Below are positions 17,601 through 26,335 of a DNA stretch of 64,000 nucleotides, one piece after another; position 1 is the stretch's first letter; each line of letters starts with the position of its first letter. Position numbers and translations under genes: made by a program. Below the pieces are notes generated by a model, which saw nothing but the letters and a program-made list of their open reading frames with translations, searched no databases and was not told the DNA's origin. The stretch spans positions 26,702-90,701 of the forward strand of contig JAZNIY010000013.1 of the NCBI GenBank assembly GCA_045577735.1, read 5' to 3'. Origin of the DNA: Candidatus Stercoripulliclostridium sp. (GTDB lineage: Bacteria > Bacillota > Clostridia > Christensenellales > DTU072).

Positions 17601-20600
17601 GTACTATGCCGGTGTTGATGCAAACGGAAAACATATTCCTGTTACAACGACCAGTGCCGTTTATGCATATCCGGATGGCACCGTAAATCCTCAAGTTATT
17701 AACGTATGTGAACCTTTCGAAGACGCTAACGGCAACGGAGATTGGGACGAAGGCGAAAGCTTTAATGATACCAACGCTAACGGTGTTTGGGATGCAAACG
17801 ATTTTGTATTTACTTTCTCAAACAACACTACCGTTACCCGTTATGCAGTTATGACGGTAACCGGTAGGGGCAACTATACCGGTAGCATTTCCGCAAACTA
17901 CTACATTGTATCAATGGACTTTGTAGGAAATGGTGGAACGATAGAGGATCTTGCTGACGAAACCTATACCGGTTCTACAATTGCTCCTCAACCCAACACT
18001 CTAACCATAAATATTAAAGGACAAAGTCTTGTAATAGAGAAGGGTAAAGATTTCGTTATCGTAGATGGTATTGGAAGCAATACCAATGCAACCACCCTTT
18101 CAAATCCCAAGACGAATAACTATATAGTCATATCTTTCACTGGCTACAAGAAAGATACTGCAAACCAAGGTATTGCAACGCAAGAGAAATATGGTAATTA
18201 CTATGGTGAAAAACTAAAAGTATACTTTACGATTAAGCCCAAAGCAATTGACCATAGGGACATTGAAACTTATGCAAGCTGGCAAAACTTCAAGGATCAA
18301 GTTACCTATACCGGTAAAAAGATTGACCATGAAAATTTGAGTATAGTTACAGAAGACGTTGTTAAGACGGCGAATACCATATATCTTCGCGATACCGTAG
18401 CCAATCCCGATGGACCACTTGTAAGGAACGAAGACTATGTAATCGATAATTGGGGTGGTGAAAACGACAATATTAATGCTGGTGATTATGCCGGTATTGT
18501 AGTCATACGTGGTGAAGGCAACTATACTGGTTACGTTACCATTAATTTCAAGATATACGCTAGGGATATCGATACTATCCGTGACAACATAATAGTAAAG
18601 TTGAATAGTTATTCCTTCGAATATACCGGAGCCATGATTAGACCTCAAGTTACCGAGGTTAAGGATGAACTACTTACGGTTGAATCGAAGCAAATTCTCA
18701 CGCGCGACGTTGATTTTACCGTTAACTTTGGTGGAGAGTCTGACGATGGTTTAATTTACAACGTTGACGTATTAAAGGGTGGATTAGTTACCATAGTTGG
18801 TAAGGGTAACTATACCGGAAGCAAGACGGTGGACTTTGAAATCACAAAGAAAGCACAAACCGTTAAACTGGAAAATCCCTATGGCAACAACGTTTGGGAC
18901 GAAGGTGAAAAATACTTCGATGCAAACAATAACATGCAATATGACGAAGGCGAACCCTTTATGGATTCCGTCTATAGCACTGGCTACAACAATGCTCTTG
19001 CTCCCGAAAGCAAGGCTAACGATCCCAGCTTACAAGAGAGTGCAAAGAACGGCACTGCTGGCGTAATGTATGCCGATTATGAAGTTAATGCAGATGCAAA
19101 CGGCAACATCGTCGTAGTTGCATATACCGATGCTATTGCTCCTTTACGCCTTGTTAAGATTAAGGCTGTTAACATTAATAGGGGAATAGCTACCGGTGTA
19201 GGCGTAACCTACGTAAGCCTGGAAGAATATACTGATGAAAATGGTAAGGTCTGGGCAAAGACCACGGCAGAAGTTAGCGTTAAGGGCGTATACGGTATCA
19301 TTAGGATTTATGCCGTTCAAGAAGATGAAGTCGTTGTTAACGGCAAGCTAAACGAGGACGCAACCAATCCCGATGCTAAGATTGGCAACGAAATTTATCA
19401 AAACCGTGGCAATTACGTTAGTTATTCACACGTATGGGGAGAGGGTGACGTTTACTCCATTTATGCAAAGAGGCAAGACAAGTCCAGAACCTATGAAAAG
19501 GAAGATGGTACCATAACCACCATTTCCAAGGTATATGGTAACGATAGCTTTACTCTTGCACCACAACTTGCTTCAGGCGACTTGTTTGCATACTACGTAA
19601 AGACCGACTGTTCGAACGACAGTTACGTTGATGAAAATGCAAACGGCAAATATGACGTAGGTGAACCCTTTACCGACGTAGACAGAAACGGCAAATACGA
19701 TCCTTATATCATAAGCGTATCACAAAGTGGACAAACGAGAGTTGTTCAAGTTGGTATAGTTGGTGAAAGCATAATAACCATATATCACGACGGATACGTT
19801 CCTTCAAGATATACCCAAGCGGGAGACGATGCCAACGCATACGTTTCATATAGTGTAGACGTTAAAGTTAGAGTAAACAAGAGAACGCTAATCATATCTT
19901 TCGAAGAGTTAGACGTTCCCTATGGCGTTAACATTGAAGACTCTAGTGACTATGAGTTCAAGTATACCTACAGAACGCAAGCGGGTGAAGCCGGCACCAG
20001 TGAGGGTGACTCCTATACCACGTTACAATATTTCTCCAGAAAGGATGATATCAACGACATTTTGACCGGATATCGCGTTAGTTACGATTATTCATATTGC
20101 ACCGACGTTAATAGTTATCTTCTAGAAGTATTCGGCAATGAAGATGATATTGAGAAGGGTAGCTTGTACGACAACTATAATATCGTTTACGAAGAGGGTA
20201 TCCTTAACGTTGTAAAGAGGGCGTTGACGGTTTCCGTTTCTATGAATAATAGCGCAGCCAATACGCTGTCAAAAGTTTATGGTTCTGAAAATCCCACGGA
20301 ATATGACCTCGAATTCGTAGGCTTCCCCGAAGGAGAAGGAAAGAACGTACTGGAATATGACCCCGTATTTGTCAACAATCGTCCCAGAATCGTCTTTAGT
20401 AGCGTAGGAATTCGTGATGAAAATGGCAATCTTACCGGTGAATATAGTGACGAAGTTACCAAGTATAGCGACGTAGGTGGCTATACTGTATTGCTAACTG
20501 GAGGACAAGCAACTAACTATTATTTCACCGACGTAAAGGTAGACTTGTTCGTTACTCCCGCACCCGTAGTTATCAAGATTGGTAACACGGTAGACGGTGT

Positions 20601-23600
20601 ATTTGAAGAAGCTGAAGACGGTGTAATCGTTAAAAAGGTTTACGATGGCAAACAAGTAATGCTAATGTCCGACAACGTAAGTATTGAAGGCGTTGATGAA
20701 AATGCTACCGTTCCAATTCAAGATGAAACCACGAAGATCTCATTCCTATACGTCTATGGCACGACAGAAACGGCTATCCCACAAACACTTGCAAGAACCT
20801 ATGCGATAATAGTACAATTCGAGGCTAGTGCAAATGATAACTATACCGCCACGAACCAAAGGTTCGAAGGTGCAATTATTATCGAGAAAGCCGAACCTGT
20901 AGTAATTTTGAATTACTCGGAAATTGAGTACACCGGTAGGCCCATACCTATCGCGCGCGTAACACCTATCATAAGTGGGATTTATGGTGGCAAAACGATT
21001 GATAACACAAACTACCATAAGTTGTTGTTCGAAAAGGATCCCGAATTGAATTACGAGCCTACCATAGAGGATGGCGTACTTGTTTACGATGAAAACATGT
21101 ACACCGAGATTCCACCCACAGCACTTGGACAATATGACATGATAGTCGTTTACGTTGCAAACGTTAGTGACGTATACAAAGACGTAACGGTATACTTCGA
21201 AGACGTATTATACGTTAAGACCGGTATTGCGACTATCGAGTTTAATCCTATAGGGGATAAAAACTTTGTATACGATGGATTGGAACATTCGGTTGACGTT
21301 TCGGAATTCCAAGCATCATATACCTCACAAGATACGTTAATAACCGAAATACTATATAACGGAAGTTTCACTATACAATACATGGGAAGTGATGGCGTTG
21401 TGACGTCAAAGGCTCCCGTTGACGCAGGTAATTACGCTGTTATTGTTAACTATATACCCGCAGAAGGGGATCCCGTTGACGGCGGTTCGGCTACGTTCGC
21501 AAATGCAATAAAAATTGCTCCGTTTGATCTTGCAACTCCGGGACACATCTATGCTGAACTACTTAGTGGTAGCTACAACGAAGTAACCTATGATGGTAAA
21601 GAACACCCCATTCAAAACTCCGAAATCGTACTATTACCCGTTCCTGCTGATCAAGCAGTTGAGGGCAGAAGACCCATGGGTACTATTGCGATATCTTACG
21701 TAAATGCTCAAGGTGTTGCTTATTCTACTCCCATAAACGCAGGTTCATACTTTGCAATGGTAACCTATATCCCCAACGATTCCGGTGATAACTATACCTA
21801 TGGTGCAAAAGAAGCGGACGGCACGTTAATTCCTATTAACGTTGGTAAGGTGGTAGAAATCAACAGGGCAGAGGTTAGAATAGAGGAGATGTTGACCGTC
21901 AAGACCGAGCAATACACCGGTAGAGGCGTCCAAATGAACGCAGTTAAATACTATGGTGTAGAAATCACTCCCGGAAGATATGACGTACCCGTTGGTAAAC
22001 TAAGATATGAATATCGTTTGAGCAATTCTGCAGAAGGTTGGACCGAAAGATTACCCGTAAACGCAGGCACCTATGACGTAATGGTAACCTACGTATCGGA
22101 AAGCATAGACAACTACTACAGCCGTGAAGGCAAGATAGGTTATGGTGTAATCGTCATAGAGCCCATACTACCCAGCATTGCTATTAATAGTATGGTATTT
22201 GACTTTGGTACTGACATAGCACCTTACTATGACATCAACAATAGCTTATTTGCAGGTTACGTTATCCGTGGCGCACAAGCTGACGTTGATGGACCTCTTG
22301 CAGACATTCAAAACAACGTTTCCATCGTAAGTGTAGTATATGGTACTCGCTATACCGATCCTACAACCAACAAGATTGAATACGAATGGTCCGACAGAGC
22401 ACCCGTTGCAAGTGGTAAGTATAGCGTAAAGGTAACCTACCAAGTATTGCAACGTGACAGTTCTAACTACAGCACGAATGCCGTAACCAGACAAGACTGC
22501 TTGACCATAAACAACATTATACCTTGGTTCAAACTAGAGACCAAGACGGTATTCTATAGTGGTGAACGTGCTTCTGCAAACCTCGCAACCGTATATGATA
22601 GTAGTTCATATGACAACGAATATATCAAGTGGGAAGAGGGCATGGACAAATATGGTAACTACTATTATGGTACTATTGGTTACGAATACAGGAAGCAAGG
22701 CACCGATTCTTGGCTAACTGCAGCACCTAGAGAGGTAGGCACCTATGACGTACGTATTCGTTACTATGAAAACCTTAAGAGTGACTCTTTCACCTCACAA
22801 ACGCTAATAGTAAGTGGCGCCCTTGAAATTAAACCTCTAGTAATCAACGTAATGCCTCTCTACGGACAAGGCAACGTATACGATGGTTCCTATACCGATG
22901 GTAACGCAGTTGCATACGTATATTCTTACGAGCGTGACGGATACAAGTACATGGTATATTCCAGAGTAGGCGATTTGGAAAAGGGTGAAATCATTGATAT
23001 TTCCTCTGCTGAATACGTTGATGAAAACGGACACGTATTCAACGTTTTGACGGACACCAGCCTAGAAGCCGAAGCTTGGAGAGATTACTACACCAAGGCA
23101 CTAATTCTAGGGGAAGGAAGTTTCGTTGATGGTGGTGAAAACGTTATCTTCAACTTTGGCGAGCTTCTAGACACTAAGGGAATGGTAGTTCTTAATGCTT
23201 CAAACGGCAAGAGATACGAAATTGACCTTGACAGAGAAATCGTATATCTAAACGATGGCATTACCTATACGCTAGGTACTCAAAGTGGATATTACTTCTC
23301 CGAAATTAATGGTGAGGGAGCTGTCAACGTAATAGAAATTGACCCCAATAAGGTAGTTGGTGGCATATTCAGCCTCAACGTAGCAGGTAGAATCAAGAGA
23401 TATACCGTAAACTTTGGCGATATGACGGCTATTGATGAAAATGGCGTACGTTATGACATCTATCGCAATGCAGGTCGCATCGAGTACGTAGAGAATGGCG
23501 ACACCTATAATATCTCTATCGACCACAGTGCATATTATCAAGTTGGAGTAGATGGCAAGGCTATTTACAAGCACGCAAATGGTTCTGCATTCTTGATTGA

Positions 23601-25410
23601 TATTAACACTTCCAAGGTGGAAAGAATTGCAATTTTGAAGGTAGAAACGGCAAGCTTCAGCTACATTGACGTTGAAGGCGAAGAAAAGAACGTAACCTTT
23701 AACGTTAGCGACTTGACTGCTCTATACACCAAGAACTCATATATTGGTCGTTACCAAATCCGTGAAGACCTCAGCGTTATTGTTGACCTAAAGGCAAAGA
23801 CGGTAAGAATACCCACCTTCTTTATTGTTAAGGAAAACGGAACGATGCTATCATTCATCGACTATAACGGACTTGAAGACCGTTTCATGAGATCCAACCT
23901 CTATGCAACGACAAGAGAAAACGTATACTTGTATTACAGTAACTATGGCGATACTTACTACGTTGACCTTGAAAACATGATTGCAAGAATTATTAACAAC
24001 CTCTACTTCTTTGACGCTGAAGACGAGAGAATCTACCAAGTAGTAGACGGCGTAGAGAAGAGCTTTGGCGTTGACGTTAGAGAGTTCACCTACAACGTAG
24101 TACGTGGTGGTAAGCTCTATGACGTAACCACCTTGTATGGCGCAGAATACGAAGTAGAAAAGACCACCCTCATTGCAGGCAACGAATGGAATGGTAGCAT
24201 GAGATTGAGCGCACAAAACGCTGGCGCATATGAAATCACACAAGGCTCCCTTGTAATTGGTGGAAACTACAGCATTAACTTCGTAGGTGGCGTATTCTAC
24301 AAGATTGAACGCACAAAACTTCAAATCGAGTTTGTTGGCACCGACAATACCATCTATGACGGACAAGGCAAGTACGTAAGCTACGTAATTAATGGACTTG
24401 TTAACAACGAAACCGAGCTTGTACTTAATGCAAAGCAAGAGTATGATGGTGACAACGTTAACGTAACCTCAACGGGTTATCGCACCAAGATTTCATTAAA
24501 AACTGACAACTACTATATTGAAGGTGGCAGAAACTTTGAAGACGAAAGCAGTATTTATAGTGATTACTACTTTATCGATCCGGCAACCATGGCACCCATA
24601 GTATTTGAAAGAGGGGATGACATCGTATACGACGGCTTCAAGCACTATCTTGAACTCAAGAACGTAGAAAGAGGGGCAAAGGTAACCTATTCCGGTTCCA
24701 GCACGGCACCCTACTTTGTAGAACCCGGTATCTATAGCATTATAGCAACGGTAAGCAAGGACAACTACGTGTCCCAAGAAGTAGAGCTAACCATAGTAAT
24801 CACCAAGGCAAAGTATAGTCTAAACGTACTTGACGTACCCGGCACTTTGACCTATGGCGATGCACTTCCTGCGCTACGTACCGACTCACAAGACGGCACC
24901 GTTGCACTAGATCCCGGTCAAGTTCTACTACCCGGAGTTACCACCTATACCTGGACGTTCACACCTCATTCTCAAGAGTTCTACAAGTTCTATGAAGGCA
25001 ACTCACAAGGTGGAAGCACCATAACCGGTACCATAGAGCTCAAGGTACAAAAGGCACAAGCGAACATTCAAATTAGTGGTAACTTGGTACAATCCGAAAC
25101 CAGTCCCAGCGCAATTATTGGTATTGCAAACGGACTAAGCCACAACGAGAGCGAGCTTGTAACCATAGAGTACGTTTCAGCAGACGGCACTCGTTATGCT
25201 AAGATGCCCACCGAAGCTGGTAAGTATACCGTAGTAGTAACCTATGCCGGTGACGAATACCATATGGAAACGGTATACACCACCACGCTAACGATAGAGG
25301 CGGAATCCAACTACGATTGGTTGATAATCCTAGGTGGCGTACTTCTTGGATTAACCGTATTGAGCACGGCATTCTTCCTCATTCGTGGTAAGAGAAAGAA
25401 ACTAGACTAA
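14638..25410 (+). CDS. Giant surface protein 2 (3590 aa): N-terminal signal anchor, head module, InlB-B-repeat-like element, long run of Ig-like/MBG-like repeats with EF-hand-like Ca-loop inserts, C-terminal TM plus basic tail
   Basis: AGAGAGG RBS. N-terminal hydrophobic segment KYALVGITAFLALVILFAVGA. GYYFSGWRITG element. Dozens of ~80-100 aa repeats share the motifs Y(T/D)G..., NAG(T/S)Y, GNYTG and a final I.(K/P). The C-terminus is DWLIILGGVLLGLTVLSTAFFLIRGKRKKLD. The gap to gene 1 is only 80 nt and has no hairpin. Confidence 0.85.
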   Translation: MNKQFELIPMEVNVTNEVATKKKSPMLKLLKYALVGITAFLALVILFAVGAEKINPAVDTIMQKMGVGEHIVVAETSPVAYAWTNPSSNSTTDNTRVADTGSYTWKVVNRNSTLRPTTAHSGWNWGYRTESGAGNFTLGSDGSISCNTSSAFTVQTLFYVDIYVDELARAAIANGQITTCSVSLHVSQVGTANIYDRGDLYGTFFLCGSASGSTNAACNDMGSNSYLATGRDKFDDDMQGGRHDYSCSMSLTLNSNMKKIRFGIYYRMVMTGRTGVQIGGAECFAPAPTISSNFTTDTYKNGTIQFAVAGDAGGGNIYPVTAGTFGVSVTDVLNTESCVAAFDSSHLYDGTVIGNVIAKPAKGYYFSGWRITGASLWNNPTKTLTTLSLAGPYLKANTTTTVTAYFRKIQVTDENGSWNYLQELNSDGTLKLDANGKPTAIGQGPAVVTPSANSDTGSSVSFTITGGIYSSTNPTFTSTAKMYQSTDGGSHNSNSKPTNAGAYRLIVGIFVSGTETDSSKVLGYYIKESFTIGAVNVTHKAGENEVTTSSPIPSRAYSSYAYTPVPDYVDVTINSRPYRMFNSTDYTIGSYTNNVNVSRDSDAYFTFTSRGNFTGQNDAYFKITHLNINEAGFVYDATMAEEIRLNYNVVYTGFEQRPGTGSGNNYGVIALRITGRVLKSGSFTSYDPNNETEMNERTTLKTFTIYIQTQDNANAYNDGLANKSYFKYNAQGEKGEAYASINRATGEHSYFYVVGQDAGTIDATKIYKNNIDICTYGTSANCASFDVSLVEGTSNMTGSLTAYFNIGALDLSTINAENIVVTPQTQTHVYTSDGITPVPNLVQITVSGLYPYLYNSNTGRYSNASSLPITYSFARTNALGAGDDYGSVSYGDIDASKTGTSGAGQTFSTWNAYFGGTRPDDYGYANNVNASSEAQITVELSGGGNIEGTIITSFTITPRPLNEKATGFGSSSTQTVGQIAQTGSNNVVYYAGVDANGKHIPVTTTSAVYAYPDGTVNPQVINVCEPFEDANGNGDWDEGESFNDTNANGVWDANDFVFTFSNNTTVTRYAVMTVTGRGNYTGSISANYYIVSMDFVGNGGTIEDLADETYTGSTIAPQPNTLTINIKGQSLVIEKGKDFVIVDGIGSNTNATTLSNPKTNNYIVISFTGYKKDTANQGIATQEKYGNYYGEKLKVYFTIKPKAIDHRDIETYASWQNFKDQVTYTGKKIDHENLSIVTEDVVKTANTIYLRDTVANPDGPLVRNEDYVIDNWGGENDNINAGDYAGIVVIRGEGNYTGYVTINFKIYARDIDTIRDNIIVKLNSYSFEYTGAMIRPQVTEVKDELLTVESKQILTRDVDFTVNFGGESDDGLIYNVDVLKGGLVTIVGKGNYTGSKTVDFEITKKAQTVKLENPYGNNVWDEGEKYFDANNNMQYDEGEPFMDSVYSTGYNNALAPESKANDPSLQESAKNGTAGVMYADYEVNADANGNIVVVAYTDAIAPLRLVKIKAVNINRGIATGVGVTYVSLEEYTDENGKVWAKTTAEVSVKGVYGIIRIYAVQEDEVVVNGKLNEDATNPDAKIGNEIYQNRGNYVSYSHVWGEGDVYSIYAKRQDKSRTYEKEDGTITTISKVYGNDSFTLAPQLASGDLFAYYVKTDCSNDSYVDENANGKYDVGEPFTDVDRNGKYDPYIISVSQSGQTRVVQVGIVGESIITIYHDGYVPSRYTQAGDDANAYVSYSVDVKVRVNKRTLIISFEELDVPYGVNIEDSSDYEFKYTYRTQAGEAGTSEGDSYTTLQYFSRKDDINDILTGYRVSYDYSYCTDVNSYLLEVFGNEDDIEKGSLYDNYNIVYEEGILNVVKRALTVSVSMNNSAANTLSKVYGSENPTEYDLEFVGFPEGEGKNVLEYDPVFVNNRPRIVFSSVGIRDENGNLTGEYSDEVTKYSDVGGYTVLLTGGQATNYYFTDVKVDLFVTPAPVVIKIGNTVDGVFEEAEDGVIVKKVYDGKQVMLMSDNVSIEGVDENATVPIQDETTKISFLYVYGTTETAIPQTLARTYAIIVQFEASANDNYTATNQRFEGAIIIEKAEPVVILNYSEIEYTGRPIPIARVTPIISGIYGGKTIDNTNYHKLLFEKDPELNYEPTIEDGVLVYDENMYTEIPPTALGQYDMIVVYVANVSDVYKDVTVYFEDVLYVKTGIATIEFNPIGDKNFVYDGLEHSVDVSEFQASYTSQDTLITEILYNGSFTIQYMGSDGVVTSKAPVDAGNYAVIVNYIPAEGDPVDGGSATFANAIKIAPFDLATPGHIYAELLSGSYNEVTYDGKEHPIQNSEIVLLPVPADQAVEGRRPMGTIAISYVNAQGVAYSTPINAGSYFAMVTYIPNDSGDNYTYGAKEADGTLIPINVGKVVEINRAEVRIEEMLTVKTEQYTGRGVQMNAVKYYGVEITPGRYDVPVGKLRYEYRLSNSAEGWTERLPVNAGTYDVMVTYVSESIDNYYSREGKIGYGVIVIEPILPSIAINSMVFDFGTDIAPYYDINNSLFAGYVIRGAQADVDGPLADIQNNVSIVSVVYGTRYTDPTTNKIEYEWSDRAPVASGKYSVKVTYQVLQRDSSNYSTNAVTRQDCLTINNIIPWFKLETKTVFYSGERASANLATVYDSSSYDNEYIKWEEGMDKYGNYYYGTIGYEYRKQGTDSWLTAAPREVGTYDVRIRYYENLKSDSFTSQTLIVSGALEIKPLVINVMPLYGQGNVYDGSYTDGNAVAYVYSYERDGYKYMVYSRVGDLEKGEIIDISSAEYVDENGHVFNVLTDTSLEAEAWRDYYTKALILGEGSFVDGGENVIFNFGELLDTKGMVVLNASNGKRYEIDLDREIVYLNDGITYTLGTQSGYYFSEINGEGAVNVIEIDPNKVVGGIFSLNVAGRIKRYTVNFGDMTAIDENGVRYDIYRNAGRIEYVENGDTYNISIDHSAYYQVGVDGKAIYKHANGSAFLIDINTSKVERIAILKVETASFSYIDVEGEEKNVTFNVSDLTALYTKNSYIGRYQIREDLSVIVDLKAKTVRIPTFFIVKENGTMLSFIDYNGLEDRFMRSNLYATTRENVYLYYSNYGDTYYVDLENMIARIINNLYFFDAEDERIYQVVDGVEKSFGVDVREFTYNVVRGGKLYDVTTLYGAEYEVEKTTLIAGNEWNGSMRLSAQNAGAYEITQGSLVIGGNYSINFVGGVFYKIERTKLQIEFVGTDNTIYDGQGKYVSYVINGLVNNETELVLNAKQEYDGDNVNVTSTGYRTKISLKTDNYYIEGGRNFEDESSIYSDYYFIDPATMAPIVFERGDDIVYDGFKHYLELKNVERGAKVTYSGSSTAPYFVEPGIYSIIATVSKDNYVSQEVELTIVITKAKYSLNVLDVPGTLTYGDALPALRTDSQDGTVALDPGQVLLPGVTTYTWTFTPHSQEFYKFYEGNSQGGSTITGTIELKVQKAQANIQISGNLVQSETSPSAIIGIANGLSHNESELVTIEYVSADGTRYAKMPTEAGKYTVVVTYAGDEYHMETVYTTTLTIEAESNYDWLIILGGVLLGLTVLSTAFFLIRGKRKKLD

Positions 25411-25420
25411 TCTAAAAAGA

Positions 25421-25450
25421 CCTTTGGCTTGCCCTCGGGCGAGCCAAGGG
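25421..25450 (+). other. Strong RNA hairpin without a U-tract directly after giant gene 2
   Basis: CCTTTGGCTTGCC-ctcg-GGCGAGCCAAGGG gives a 13-bp stem including 2 G-U pairs. It is followed by GCAAGAATAATAA rather than a T-run, so it is not a canonical intrinsic terminator. Confidence 0.5.
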
Positions 25451-25492
25451 GCAAGAATAATAATGATAAGCGCGCACGCGCGTAAGGGAAAG

Positions 25493-26257
25493 ATGAAAAT
25501 TAATTGTGGTTCACAACTTTATACCTATCGTTCTGTTATAAAGACGGAAGAGGACCTAAAGGCCGTATTTACCAGACTTAAAGAGTATGGCTGTACCGTT
25601 GCGCAATGGAGTGGCGTTAAGGTTCCAATAGAGGGTAGCGCACTCAAGGCGTTAGGTGAGGAGCAGGGCATAAAGATACCACTTAGCCACACCCCGTGGA
25701 AGAGGATAGTGGAGGAGACGGACAAGGTCGCAAAGTGGCACCTGGAAGCTGGAGCGCACACCGTTGGACTTGGCATGATGGACGTTAAATACCTACGTTC
25801 CTACGACACCCTCCAAGAGTTTTGTAACAAGGCGAACGAGATAGGGGAAAGGCTAAAGCCCTATGGACTAAGGTTTGGATACCATAATCACTCTATGGAA
25901 TTCAAGAAAATGGGGGACAAGTTGGTTATAGAGCACCTAAGAGACAATTGCCCCGACCTAGAGTTCATATTTGATACCTTTTGGTGTAAGTACGCGGGAC
26001 ATGATCCTAGCGAGTGGATATTAAAGTTAGAGGGCAGAGTGAGAGATATCCACCTTAAAGATTGGAAGAAGAGTATACTCAAGCTACCAAGGTTCCAAGA
26101 CGTAGGAAAGGGCGAGTTAGACTTTGAGAGCATACTCAAAAATGCCGAAAGGGCGGGGACGGAAAGTGCGCTAATAGAGCACGATACAACGAGAAACCCC
26201 GACAAAACGACGAAAGAGAGCATGGAATATCTAAAAGAGATATACCTGAACAAATAG
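25493..26257 (+). CDS. Sugar-phosphate isomerase/epimerase (xylose-isomerase-like TIM barrel)
   Basis: Start moved to ATG 25493 (MKINCGSQLYTY...) with AAGGGAAAG upstream. The spaced motifs GYHNHSMEF, FIFDTFW, IHLKDW and ALIEHD are typical of the AP_endonuc_2 / xylose-isomerase-like TIM fold. Confidence 0.7.
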   Translation: MKINCGSQLYTYRSVIKTEEDLKAVFTRLKEYGCTVAQWSGVKVPIEGSALKALGEEQGIKIPLSHTPWKRIVEETDKVAKWHLEAGAHTVGLGMMDVKYLRSYDTLQEFCNKANEIGERLKPYGLRFGYHNHSMEFKKMGDKLVIEHLRDNCPDLEFIFDTFWCKYAGHDPSEWILKLEGRVRDIHLKDWKKSILKLPRFQDVGKGELDFESILKNAERAGTESALIEHDTTRNPDKTTKESMEYLKEIYLNK

Positions 26258-26335
26258 ATCACAAAAAACCAAACAACGAGAAAAATTAAGGAATCCACTT
26301 ATTAGCGGAAACGCCAATATCTAGGAGAATAAATT

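Noticed and set aside
25250-25410. Sortase sorting signal (LPXTG/NPQTN/LPXTA) ahead of the C-terminal TM helices of giants 2 and 3 and the phosphoesterase.
   Set aside because: I read the last ~50 residues of each protein and found no such motif. I therefore describe them as TM plus basic tail only.
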